Made by a program: the position numbers and the translations under genes. The notes beneath the pieces were generated by a model, which saw nothing but the letters and a program-made list of their open reading frames with translations, did no database searches and had not been told where the DNA came from. Positions 12,178-24,129 of a stretch of 64,000 nt of DNA are shown piece by piece (positions within the stretch are counted from its first letter, which is position 1; every line of letters starts with the position of its first letter). Origin of the DNA: Felis catus (taxonomy: Eukaryota); the NCBI RefSeq assembly GCF_018350175.1, contig NC_058383.1, forward strand, positions 27,716,001-27,780,000. The letters are read 5' to 3'.

Positions 12178-13374
12178 TTCTTTACCACAACAGAAAACAC
12201 TGAGTATCAGACATCACTGTCTCCCTCTAAGAAGGCATGTTCACAATCCACTTCCAAAGCCCAGGTGGCCAAGGGGCGAAGTTTTGCCAGATGTGACCCA
12301 GGCTGAAAAAGCTGGCATTACCTGCTCATGATGCTGTCCTTGAAAGAATGGTTGTGACAGAACATCACTGTGTCACAACCCTCTAAATACCAGGGATTTC
12401 AACTCTGGAAACAAGAACTGGTTGTCTGCACCTGGGTTTTTTTTCTTTTTTTAATTCCAGTTGCAATTTTTTCTTTCTGCCTCCCTTTTCTGATTCCTGA
12501 GTTTAAAAATATCGGGAGATACCATCATTAAACTTTCTAGATCTTTGTTGTTATCCCACCGGAATACTTAAAAACCTCTCTTCTGAAATTTGGCCAGAAA
12601 TGACAAGGAATCATGAGTTAATTCCACCAAGCATCCACCAAGAATGATGACTCTCAAGCTAAAGGCGTTTTTCACCCATCACAGGGCAGTGAATGATGTG
12701 GACATTAGCATCCCTACTTACAGTCATTGATGAATCTGCTCTTAGCGGCTGGAGCACCCAAGTGCGGCAGCAGCCATGGTGAGGAAAAAGGTTGTAAGGG
12801 GGGGATGAATTAGTTCATCGTGCCTGTGTATTTTGGAGGCCAAGACTACTGCCAGATGGCTCAAGAAATGGGATGCAAGAAAAATGACTTTTATCACCTA
12901 AAAAGAGTAAAGGATTCAACAAAAGCAAACTCTGGGAAGAAAGGACAGCCAGTATCTCTCTAATCCTAGCTCTTCCAATCATGACAGTGGTCAATTCCAT
13001 TACCCTAACCAAGGAAAAAAGTCTCCTTTATACAGGTATGTTCTGCTGCAGGCAGCCATTATTAAAGCAGTTTGTTAGAGGCAGATCGCGTACATATCAA
13101 GGCAAGATAATCATACTGGAGAGCTGGTTTGAAGTAGAGACTCAGCTGAAGAGGCCATTGCGCATAACTCCATTTTCTAGACCTGGGTAAGGATGGCCAC
13201 ACTTAGGGACTGAGCTGCACAGCCTGCTTTAGTGGGCTTTTCCCCAAAATACATGTGTTAATGAGATTAAGTCTTTCCAGACACTAGACACTTCTGAAAT
13301 CCTGCTTTAAGAGAAGAAAGCTTATCAGTCAGATCACAGCCTCTTTTAGGAGAGAAAAATTTCAGTCTGTCCCT

Positions 13375-14260
13375 CAAGTTATTTACTCACCGGTCAATAT
13401 TTATCTAAAACCTACTCTGCAAAGGGATGGGAATATATGAAGCAGAGAAAAATGTCTATCTTTGCAGAATTTCTGCACTGGTGGGAGAGACCACAAAAGG
13501 CATTATGCGATTAGATATTCAACTTCAAAGGAGAATTACAGGGCACTTTGTATGTGGATATTAAGGAGCTCTCCCTAATGGGGTGATCAGGGAATGTTTC
13601 CCTGAGAAGGTAGCATTTGAACTCCAACACTAATGGATAAGAACTAGTTAAGAAGTACAGTGGAAAGCAGAAAGTTGTTCCAGGCAAAGAATATGGCATA
13701 TGCCAAAGTCCCAAAGTGGGACCAGCAATGGAAGATGGTATGATTGCAGCTCGGTGAGGAGCAGGGGAGAGGTACACCAAGGTTCTAGAAAGGTTGCTAG
13801 ATGGGGTGCCTGGGTGGCTCAGTCGGTTGAGCTTCCAACTTTTGATTTCAGCTCAACTCAACTCGGGTCATGATCCCAGGGTCAAGGGATCAGACCCCAC
13901 ACTAGGCCCCAAATCAAGCTAGGCGTTGAGCATGGAGCCTGCTGAAGATTCTCTCTCTCTCCCTCTGCCCCTTCACTGCTCACGTGTGCATGCTCTCTCT
14001 CTCTCACACACATGCAAAAAAAATTTCTTAATTAAAAACAAACAAAAAAAAAGTTGTGAGGGCCCTTTGTGTGCACTGCACCCCTTGCCTAGAACACAGT
14101 GGAATGCTGGAACGTGTGAACAGGGCCATGGTTAGGATTTGGCTCTGCTCTGAGAGCAAGGAGCTCCTTGCAGGAGGCGTGACGATGCTTAAGCATTTTT
14201 GAAAGCTCATTCTGACTGCAACGTGAAGAGTTGGATAGCGCCAAGAAGGAATGTCGTGTC
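13375..14260 (-). mobile_element. L2 3' remnant interrupted by a Can-SINE
   Basis: ggggtgatcagggaatgtttccctgagaaggtagcatttgaact, gttccaggcaaagaatatggcatatgccaaagtccc, tttgaaagctcattctgactgc are reverse L2 motifs. Confidence 0.6.
13803..14052 (+). mobile_element. Can-SINE
   Basis: ggggtgcctgggtggctcagtcggttgagc head, CT tract, A-rich tail. Confidence 0.92.
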
Positions 14261-14877
14261 AAGAGGTATTTAGACAAAAACACAACAAAACTTGGAAAAT
14301 GACTGAATACAGAACGGCCACATGAACCTCTAAGGATACACTGCTAGTAGAAAATTTTCATTTTAGAAAGAAACTGTAACACTGAAGAGACTTCCTATAA
14401 TTGTTCTACAACTACCCACTCATTGAGAGAGACAATTACAGTGTAATACACACTGAACGTGATCTTATCGGACATGGTTGTAGTAATCCTAGAAAAATAA
14501 ATGTGGACACACACAGTGCACTTAAGGTGTTCTCAGCTTTTTTCAAGGTTTCAACTCACAGAAGGGTGGAGTGTGGCTTCTCCGTGTGGGGGACCAGAGG
14601 CCCAGGAGCCAAGTGCACAGAGAGCGCCTAGAATCATGTTTTAATGCTGAGCACTGCAGCAAAAAAGGCAATGCCATGGACTTGTGAAGTTGGCTGTTTG
14701 TGAGCTGACAGTCTCATCGCGTCCCTTGTTTTGGGTGGTTCTGACTTTGAAGTAGTTACCTTATCCCTCCAAGTTTTTCCTACCTTTCCTGAGAAACTGA
14801 AAGGGGCATTGTGTACGAGGAGCTCAAAGTACTTAGCTCAATAAATGTTAGTTCCAGTCCCCTTTCTCTAAAAGTAA

Positions 14878-15040
14878 TTATACAACATCCAGTGCTCATC
14901 ACCCATTTCCCACCTCCCCCAGCACCCCCATCCACCCTCAGTTTGTTCTCTGTATTTAAGAGTCTCTTGTGGTTTGCCTCCCTCCCTCTCTGCTTGGAAC
15001 TATTTTTCCCCCTACCCTTCCCCCACAGTCTTCTGTTTGA
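14878..15040 (-). mobile_element. Carnivore L1 3'UTR fragment
   Basis: tacaacatccagtgctcatc...ccctcagtttgttctctgtatttaagagtctcttgtggtttgcctccctc. Confidence 0.75.
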
Positions 15041-15120
15041 CAGTAAATCATATTTTAAAAAATAAAAATTTTAACCACAGGAAAAAAAGAGGAATTATAA
15101 AGATCTAGCTAATAATCATA

Positions 15121-15312
15121 TATGCCTGGGTAGCTCGGTCAGTTAAGCGTCTGACTCTTGGTTTTGGCTCTAACAGTTTGTGAGATCGAGCCCCATGTCA
15201 GGCCCCATGCTAATAGTGTGGAGCCTGCTGGGGATTCTCTCTCTTTCCCTCTCCCTCTCTCTCTCTTGCCCTTCCCCCACGCCAAATAAATAAACATTAA
15301 ACATTTTTAATA
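15121..15312 (+). mobile_element. Can-SINE
   Basis: gcctgggtagctcggtcagttaagcgtctgactc head, CT tract, aataaataaacatt tail; imperfect TSD tagctaataat / tagctaacaat. Confidence 0.88.
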
Positions 15313-15319
15313 AAAGTAA

Positions 15320-15520
15320 TAGCTAACAATTATCAGATGCCTACAACATGCCAGAAACTATTCAAAGCACTTATGTTTATATTTATTAAATCACTGAGTC
15401 TTAGAACAATGCTCTGAAGTAGGTACTATTGCCATACTCATTTTACAAACAAAGAAACTGAGTCCATAGGCTCAGGGCCACCCAAGTGAATGGCCCAGTC
15501 AGGATTCAAAGCCAACTAGT
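15320..15520 (-). mobile_element. MIR SINE
   Basis: cattttacaaacaaagaaactgag, ggattcaaagcc. Confidence 0.65.
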
Positions 15521-16377
15521 CTGGTTAGTTATTTAAAAAGAAGTTTTCATACAACTTACGAGGCAACAACAGGCAGAAACAGAGGTTGAAATTTATGTTA
15601 ATCACCTTCTGTGATTCTATACTTTCAATAAATTCAGATAGAAAAACCCATGTTGATTGCCCAGAGGCACAGTGCTCTGAAAAATTTAACACTGTGCCAT
15701 GCTTATGAAGAATGAAACCCGCTGGGTGTCTATTTCATGGCATTCCAAATGTTCCCCCACCCTTGGCCTTACAACAAAGAAACAACAGCTTCAATTTATA
15801 CACCAACTAATCACGCTCCAGCATTCCAAGGTACTTTGTTGGGGATGGAGTGCAGTGGTTTAATGGCACAGAACGTCACGCTGGGTTAATGACAAAGAGT
15901 AGCCATGCCAGCAAAGTCCCCAGCTGGGGGACTCGGTCAGGGATCTGGGCATGCTGGCCAAGCCTGCACTGGGAAAGGCTGAATGTGTGAATCAACCTCC
16001 TCTTCTCCTCTTCTCTGGTGAGGGGCAAAGAAATCCTGCAAACCTAAAAGCTGTCAAGCCCTGTGGAAACCTTCTATCTAATGCAGGATGCTTTAATCAC
16101 AGCCACTGCCGTGATAACAGCTGGAATATATAAGGGGGCACTTTGAGAACTAAACTTTTGATTCCATCTTTTGGTACAGAGGTCAGTGAATAATGATGCA
16201 CAGTAATGCTGTGTGCTGTTTTTAACACCTGCTTCCCCCAGTGAACTCCATGAGGGCAAGAGAGAGTCAGTCTGAATCACTGCTACATCATAGCACTTAG
16301 CACACATGGTGTCTGGAAAAATCATAACAGTGGTAACAACAGCAAAAACAATAATGAAGAGGAGGAGGAGGAAGAAG

Positions 16378-16620
16378 TAACAGTTTACACATACTGCGCA
16401 TTTACCGTATATCCACCCCACTCTAAGTACTTTCCATGAATTATTTAATGCTGACAATAATCCTATGAGATAGATTTTATTGCTATCATATTTTACAAAT
16501 GAAGAAACTGAGACAAAGTGAACTCCAGCAACGGACTCAGCTACCAACTGGTACAGATGGGCTTCAAACCCAGGCTCTGACTTCAGAGTCTGTGCTTCCA
16601 ACCACTCTACACCATGATGC
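16378..16620 (-). mobile_element. MIR SINE
   Basis: tattttacaaatgaagaaactgagacaaag...gggcttcaaacccaggctctgacttcagagtctgtgctt. Confidence 0.8.
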
Positions 16621-16897
16621 CTCTTGTAAAGAGAAGAGATTAGTCAGTACTTGCACAAAAAGTAGGTGTTCCAGAAACTCCAATAGTCCAATGGGATGTA
16701 GATGGAGAGGAAGTGTGCCTTCTTAAGAGGGCATATTAGAATCCCCAGGGAATTGTTTCAAACTACACATCCCTATCTCAGCCATTTCCCATGCCCACTT
16801 CTGGATGAAAATCTTGGCCAGAGTCAGTCACTTTTAGTGGTAGGGAGTGTACATTCTCCCTGAAGCCTATTGGTGACAAAAAGACTTTAACTGCTCT

Positions 16898-17600
16898 AGA
16901 CCAATGGTTCTCAAAACCAGCTGCACTTTAGACTAAACAGGGGAGATTTTTTGTTCCATCTAAATTATTTCCTTTATGTATTGCTGTTCTTTTGCACAAA
17001 ACATCTATTCTACCATGATATTATCACCCAATGATTGATTCTGTTTAACAGAATCTTATTTTTGGAATATAAATTATAATATATTTGAATATTCAGGGTA
17101 CAACATATATTTTGACTTATTTTTAATTCCTAAGAGATGGGAATAGCTAGATAGGGCATCTCCCTAGAGTATGAGAACTAATAGGAACATCAGAGATATT
17201 TTCATCTCTTGGTTTGTAACTAAAGACAAACCAGGCAGCTTTTAAAAACAGTGACACCATGTCCCCACCTTAGGCTGATTAAAGGAAAATGGCTGGGGAT
17301 GACTTATAGGCATTGGTATTTTTTTAATGTATATTTATTTATTTTGTTTATTTTGAGAGAGACAAAGAGAGAGCTCCAGCTGGGGAGGGGCAGAGAGAGA
17401 GGGATAGAGAGAATCCCAAGCAGGCTCAGGGAGGAGTCTGATGTGGGTCTCGATCCCATGAACCACAAGATCATAACCTGAGTCAATACCAAAAGTTGGA
17501 CACTTAACCAACTGAGCCACCCAGGGGATGAGCATTGGTGTTTCTTAAGAGCTACCCAGGTAGATCCAACATAATGGTCAAGCTTGGGAAGCACTGGTCT
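16898..17600. mobile_element. MER5-type hAT-Charlie MITE split by an AT-rich insert and a SINE
   Basis: tagaccaatggttctcaaa start ... gcttgggaagcactggtcta end (terminal inverted repeats). Confidence 0.55.
17319..17527 (-). mobile_element. Can-SINE
   Basis: Reverse SINE ending actgagccacccagggg; TSD gcattggtatt / gcattggtgtt. Confidence 0.92.
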
Positions 17601-18088
17601 ATTCTCCTCTAAAAGCAGCCTGGGAAGTCTCCAGGCCTCATCCCCTTCCTTACATATGGGCTTAGAGGTACAGTTCTCTGAAAAGGTATCAAAGGTGTCA
17701 GATATTCTAAAATTTAATCCAACAAACATTTCATGAGCACCTCCTATGTGGAAAAGACAAGCACAAAGCACAAGTTTCATCTTTTATGGCCATAAAGCTC
17801 AATAATGAGATAATACAAGCCTCGAGTATACATGATTATACAACACAGCTGTAATATGTAAGAAAATACCACAGAGATGGAAAGGAGCAGGAGGACTGAC
17901 AGGAAAAGAGGCCCTAATGGGAAGTGGAAGTGACTCTCCAGACAGCTAAGAAAAATGCTATAGAAGCAAAGAAGAAATGGATGAGGAAGAGCAGAAAAAG
18001 CGAAAATGCCCTTTTTTTCTTTTCTTAACTTTCTATTTTGAGATGACTGTAGATGCACTTGCAGTTGTAAGAAACAATACAGAGAATC

Positions 18089-18703
18089 GGAATGCAAGCT
18101 GGTGCAGCCACTCTGGAAAACAGTATGGAGGTTCCTCAAAAAACTAAAAATAGAACTACCCTATGATCCAGCAATGGCACTACTAGGCATTTATTCAAGG
18201 GATACAGATGTGCTGTTTCAAAGGGACACATACACCCCTATGTTTATAGCAGCATTATCAACAATAGCCAAAGTATGGAAAAAGCACAAATGTCCATCAA
18301 TGGATGAATGGATAAAGAAGATGTGGTATATATATACAATGGAGTATTACTTGGCAATCAAAAAGAATGAAATCTTGCCATTTGCCACTATGTGGATGGA
18401 ACTGGAGGGTATTATGCTAAGTGAAATTAGAGAAAGGCAAATATCATATGACTTCACTCACATGAGGAATTTAAGATGCAAAACAGATGAACATAAGGGA
18501 AGGGAAACAAAAAGAATATAAAAACAGGGAGGGGGACAAAACAGAAGAGACTCATAAATATGGAGAACAAACAGAGGGTTACTGGAGGGGTTGTGGGAGG
18601 GGGGTTGCACTAAATGGGCAAGGGGCACTAAGGAATCTACTCCTGAAATCATTGTTGCACTATATGCTAACTAATTTGGATGTAAATTTTAAAAAATAAA
18701 AAA
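18089..18703 (+). mobile_element. Young 5'-truncated feline L1 (ORF2 C-terminus, 3'UTR, polyA)
   Basis: ORF 18102-18521 ([23 protein letters not shown]...) is the L1 ORF2 C-terminus; TSD aaacaatacagagaa at 18072-18086 and 18704-18718; sits inside an older reverse L1 3' end. Confidence 0.95.
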
Positions 18704-19488
18704 AAACAATACAGAGAAATCCCATATGCCCTCCACTCAGGGCATCTTCCTCAATGATAACATCTTTCATGATGATGGCACATACCACATCTCTTATTTT
18801 TGACAGAAGGCTTTAAGAAGCAGATATTTTTTAAGTTTAAAATATCCTATGAGATAATTTAATTACAAGCATAGATCAACATTTTACTACAAACCTACAG
18901 AAGACGAGGGATCTTGTTTGACCTTGGGAGGGACATTTTAGAGGAAGAGGAATGAGAGATCATTACTGTTAGGCTGGGTACAGGTATGTAGAACATCGGG
19001 TTAAGATCATAAGACCCTTGACAGCTAAGGAGGTGAGTAGGTAGTTTCCAAGAAGAAGTCTTAATCTCATTAAAGTTTAACATAAAAATGTTTATACGTT
19101 TTATCACAAATCTTAATTTCCTTCTTAGTAGAAGGTTGTGAATTACATCATGAACAAACTCCCAGGTTTGGGACCATTTTTCTTTATCATAAATCAAGGA
19201 ATTAAATGCTGTGCTGAGGATCCACCTTGAGATTTAGAAGGACTGAACATGATAACCTACAGCTGAGCCCGTGGGGAAGATAACCGAAGAAGATACCTGT
19301 AAGTGACAGAACAGCAACATGGGAACTTTAGCTTCTGTGTGACATAAAGGACTTGATGTGTATTACAAATTACCTCCATATTACACTGTGATTCCTCTAT
19401 AAGATAAGCTACAGAAGGGCAGGGAGTGTTGTCTCTTATTTACATTTTTTTCCAATGGTAAAATCAGTGTAAATAACATACATTATCA

Positions 19489-19693
19489 GGGTTTCTGGGT
19501 GGCTCGGGTGGTTGAGTGTCTGTCTGACTTTTGACTTCAGCTCAGGTCATGATCCCAGGGTCGTGGGATCGAACCCTGTGTCGGGCTCCATGCTGAGGGT
19601 GAAGCCTGCTTAAAATTGTCTCTGTCTCTCCCTCTACCCCTCTCCCCTGCTTTCATGCTCTCTCTCTAAAAAATAAAATTAAAAATTAAATAT
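19489..19693 (+). mobile_element. Can-SINE
   Basis: ctgggtggctcgggtggttgag head, cagctcaggtcatgatcccagggtcgtgggatcgaaccc, A-rich tail. Confidence 0.9.
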
Positions 19694-19889
19694 AAATAAC
19701 ATAAAATGGGCATTATCCTGCACATTGATTGAATAAATTAATTCCTAAACATTAAGATAACCAGTAATACTGCTAGCCCTATATTTGAGTCATGCTGAAG
19801 GTGGGGATCATTAAATCATGAATGCATTTCCTGAACCAATATTTGGGGAGCACGTGTTTCAGTGCACCAATATATGTCAATGCCACAAC

Positions 19890-20135
19890 TATGAGGAAAA
19901 TTTCAACCTCATCTTGGACACAGTGATGGGGATCCAGGAATTAGTCAAGAAAACCTTCAAAGAACAATACAGTGTTTGCTAGGGATTAAGGTGGGTGTGT
20001 AATTACAAAGGGATGACATAAGCAAGTTTTTTGGGTTATTCTGTATTCTGATTATGATGGCTGTTATACAACTCTTTAGACCTATCAAAATTCATAGAAT
20101 GCTGCACAATAAGTCAATTATTTTAAAAATAAAAT
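19890..20135 (+). mobile_element. Old L1 3'-terminal fragment
   Basis: attctgtattctgattatgatggctgttatacaactc...tatcaaaattcatagaa. Confidence 0.5.
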
Positions 20136-20719
20136 ATTTGCCATTAAATCCCTCCTATATAGATATCTTACTACCTGGCCAGCTAGTGAACCAATACCCC
20201 CTTCTCCTGGACTAACCCCAGCCTCCATACTTGATTAGATGTCCAGAAATGCTATTTATATTTGATGTTCCATCCCCATCCCACCCTTCAGGGCAAGTGA
20301 CAACGAGAAGGCACCACCTGGAGCCATCAACTGTCTCTCATATATTTGAAATTGGGAATGTTGCCACAAGTCAACCTCCAAGAGTAAATGCAATGGTAAC
20401 AACACAACCTACAGTTGCAAGCCAGCCATATGGTATTAAATAGATGCAGACACTGAGAAAGCCGGCTTGCAGAGTAAAAGGAAGAAAGATACAAACTCAC
20501 CAAAAGTGGAGAGGAAGGAAACGAGAAAAAAAGAAAGAGAATCAGACATGTTGGCCAACTGATTTAATGGCTCCTCTTCCGGTTCTTCTTCTTACAGTCT
20601 ATCTACTTGAGCTGTGCTAGGCTTTCATAATAGAACCTTCTTTATGTTTATCTTTAATCAAGATCAAGTAATCCTGTTTCTAGGATCAGAGACTCTAAAT
20701 TAATCTATGTGTCATTAAA

Positions 20720-20912
20720 TATTAGCTCCACCACCTTCAACCTAGAACAATTAGGGCAACTCAACCTCTCCATGCCTGGGATTCTTCATCGTTAAAAGAA
20801 GGATAACACTACCCTCCAAAGGGCTGTGAAGATTAGACGAGTCCATGTAAAGTTGTTAGAGTAGCGCCTGACATACAATAAGAATCCAAATGCTGGTGTC
20901 GCTATTATTATT
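20720..20912 (+). mobile_element. MIR SINE
   Basis: ttagggcaactcaacctctccatgcctggg...gggctgtgaagattagacgag...gcgcctgacatacaataag. Confidence 0.6.
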
Positions 20913-21772
20913 TTCCTTCTCCTTCTCCTTCATGTTAACACAGCTTCATCAGAATCTGTCTAGATCCCCACTCTTACTTCAAAGCAAGAAAAAGCTATAA
21001 TGTTTTGCAAGGTGAGAGGACAAAGTATGGGAACATATCTCATCTACTCTAAGAACCTCAAGACCACCCCCCCAAAACATGAAAGAGTCCCTTGAAATAA
21101 TTCTAATACAATACAAAGTTATGAAAACCAGCAGTTTTATTATATGTCACTGAATTCTGGTAAGATTTCCTGCAGAGTTATACCCATAGTGCAAAAATGA
21201 TATCCAAGACCATTCACAAAGTTCGTTCCTGTTGTCTCTGTGGCATGAATACAGGGGGGAGTTGTAGATGACATCTTATATCACATTATAATTTAGAGTT
21301 TACAGAGCACTCCCTTGGATTCTATCTCATTTTGATCTTTATGACAGCCCTTTGAGGAAGGTATCATTGTTGAAGATTTACAGATGAGAAAATTAAGGCT
21401 CAGAGAGAATCCAATGTCATCCAGCTACTTAGTATAATAACTAGGATGGAGATGTTCTGGCCCCCAAGAATTAACCTTTTTTGCAATAATCATAGTTATG
21501 CCTACCAAACAAACAGCTATACAGGTGAAGAAGATATTTTCCCCACCTTTCAGATTTTACTACGAACTCACATATTCCAGACCCAAAAATTTACATCCAG
21601 TAGTGCAACATGGTAAGCAGACTAACCTCGTTATACAGATTAAGTACAATATATGAAAAGTAGTAGCACAATGTTACCTTCTACAGGGAATTTAATTTTC
21701 TTCTGGCAGCCACAGAGCACGAGCAGGTCACTTTGCTTTGCTGGAGACTGGGTTTCAGGTTTTGTAAGTACA

Positions 21773-21990
21773 TTCATGGAATTCGCTGGCCTTCCCATGC
21801 CCTGACCATCCCAAAGCAGCTGTAGAATGGTCCTCTGAAGACTCAGTTACAGTGGCAGCTAGGTGGCAATACCTTGCAGGGCTGCAGAAAGGTTCTCCAA
21901 AAGATTGTACATACTCTGAATCAGCATCCAACATATCGCACTGTTTCTATCATAGCTAGGATTTATGAGCCCAGGAATCAAGGGATGGCA
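21773..21990 (+). mobile_element. ERVL pol (integrase) remnant
   Basis: Translation ...LQGCRKVLQKIVHTLNQHPTYRTVSIIARIYEPRNQG resembles ERVL integrase (LQGWGKVLQKAVYALNQHPIYGTVSPIARIHGSRNQG). Confidence 0.85.
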
Positions 21991-22059
21991 AGAATGACTG
22001 CAGGTGATTCAGGGGTCATCAGGGCTACCCTTTACCATATGTCTGGTAGACTAGACTGC

Positions 22060-22540
22060 CCCTGCCCAGTGCCTCAGGGGTGAGGCCACTGCAGAGGGCT
22101 ATGGGGGCAGGGCTTCCACCCAGAGCCCAGGAGGTAGGGCTGCCATGGGGGTGATGCTACTGCCCCGGTGGGCCCAGAAGGAGGATCATCAAGTCAAAGA
22201 AGATTATCTCCAGCCTTAAGATCTAATGGATTTTGCCTTGCTAGTTTTTGGATTTTCTAGGAAGCCATCACCCCATTCTTCTGTCCAGTGTCTCCCTTTT
22301 AGAATGGGATTGTCTGTCCTATGCCTGTCCCATCATTGTATTTTGGATGCACAAACTTGTCTTATTTCACAAATTCACTGCTGGAGAAGAATCTTGCCTC
22401 AAGATAAATCATACAGCAAATCTCACCCATACTTGATTTAGATGGTATTTTGATGAGACTTTTGACCTTAGGCTGTACAGTTGATGATGGAATAGAGTAA
22501 GACCTTTGGGACTTTTTTGGGGGAGGGAATGAATGTACAC
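22060..22540 (+). mobile_element. MaLR (MLT1-int) internal 3' fragment
   Basis: caaagaagattatctccagccttaagatctaatgg...ttttagaatgggattgtctgtcctatgcctgtcccatcattgtattttgg...gatgagacttttgac. Confidence 0.8.
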
Positions 22541-23777
22541 CAGGGTTCCCTTGCTTCCTCAATCAAAAAATACCTGGAGATAGGTAGTCACCTACTCCAA
22601 GAAGCAAATGCCAAGGGTGAGGCTACCAGAATAAAACCTTATTATTATTATTTTTTTTAACTCCAGGGCTCCTGCTCTGGTCTAACTTCCACACTGCAGA
22701 CCTTATAATCAAGTTCTTCAATAACTGAACCTCTTTCAAAGGTGCCCAAAGAGGGTCTACCTTTCACCCATCTCTCTCCAGAGTGATGAACTGGCACCAC
22801 TTTGACGTGCCAGGGGACACATCATGAGAAAGCTGAGTGATACCGAAGCGGGCAAGGAGAAAATTTTCTAACCATAAAAAATATTAAAATTGTGATGTTG
22901 CTAAAAACATCCTGAGGAATAATGCTTTGGAAAGGTCCATTATCCAAATCTCTGCACGGGAGAGAAAAAAGAGAACAATATTTGCCCAGACTTTATCAAT
23001 TAAGAGTGCTATAATCACTACCTCCAACCAGAGAACCAAAAAAATACATACATAGGGTTTTTTTTAACCATACAGTTAAAGCCACAAAATAGATTTGGAG
23101 CATAAGTTAGAGCAGGAAAAACGCTGCAGGATGTTGCCCTATGCTTTTTATCCATTTATATCAGTGAGAAGTAGGGTATGAAGGTAAAAAGTTCTTTTTG
23201 AGCACCCCTCAGAAGATTTTCTTATTCCTAGTATCATGTGCCCATCAACCTGCCAGTCTCCTATAGAGTCTGCTGCTTTCTTGATACTGAAAATGATACC
23301 CGCACCATCCTGTTATCAGCTTCCCTGAGTCACTCATTCCTTTGAAATTCAAACAAAATTAGCTCGAGCCGCATACCATATGCCGTGGAAAAGCTCAGTG
23401 TCGATCCCCATCTCTGTGGAGATTCTTGAGATGTCGGGACAGGACTGTCACAATCATTTAATCATTTCTAGCTCAGAATCCCACAGTTCAGGGGAGACCA
23501 TTGGATTTATGGATAAACACACTTTCTGCCCATCTCTGCACTGTCACTAGATGCCGGTCTCCATCCCTTCAATCCCAATTGTAGGCACGGCAGATTTTTA
23601 CTGCAAGTTTGGACAACGAAGAGGACTTTATACCACAGCACAGTCAACAGTGTAGCTGTCTTAAAATTCCTTCAGCCTCTCTGCCTGCCAACAGGATGCT
23701 CATGGGCCATGCAGCTCAGCCCCATTCTCTCTCCTTCCTCCTCCACACCTTCCCTTTGCTCCCTGCAACTTAGCTAA

Positions 23778-24129
23778 TGAAAGGGCGGGCCTACGCCAGC
23801 CGACTCCATCTTGTTCTGTGTCCTTCACCTTGACCACACCTCCTCCCCTTGAGTAAACCCTCCCTCACCTGCCTAACAGGACTCGGACCCTTCCCCAGGA
23901 CCCTTCCCCAGCCAATCGGCTGAGGCCATAGCCATTACCTCACCAACTGCCCTCAGGCCCCAATAAAACCTTTGTCCTTTGAAAACTCGCTCTCTTTCCC
24001 TGGTATCTCACCGCCGTGTCGGTGCAGGTAGGGGATTGAGCTCGAGCTAGCTCGAATAAAGGCTCTTTGCTTTTGCATCGGACTCGGCTCCCTAGTGGTC
24101 TTTGGGGATCACGAATTCTGGGCATAACA
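23778..24129 (+). mobile_element. Young feline ERV1-class solo LTR (352 bp)
   Basis: TG...CA ends (tgaaaggg...ataaca), CCAAT box, TATA-like caataaaa, AATAAA at 24055-24060, 14 CpGs retained. Confidence 0.9.

Noticed and set aside
16074..16601. 175-aa minus-strand ORF with a hydrophobic stretch resembling a membrane protein
   Set aside because: It runs through a MIR, a low-complexity (aac/gag) tract and an L2 end; the hydrophobic run comes from the simple repeat
17304..17780. 158-aa ORF and similar ORFs containing WVAQ/PGWLS/LSLPLP peptides
   Set aside because: These peptides are translations of Can-SINE sequence
18102..18521. 139-aa ORF
   Set aside because: L1 ORF2 C-terminus of a 5'-truncated copy; no promoter or real start
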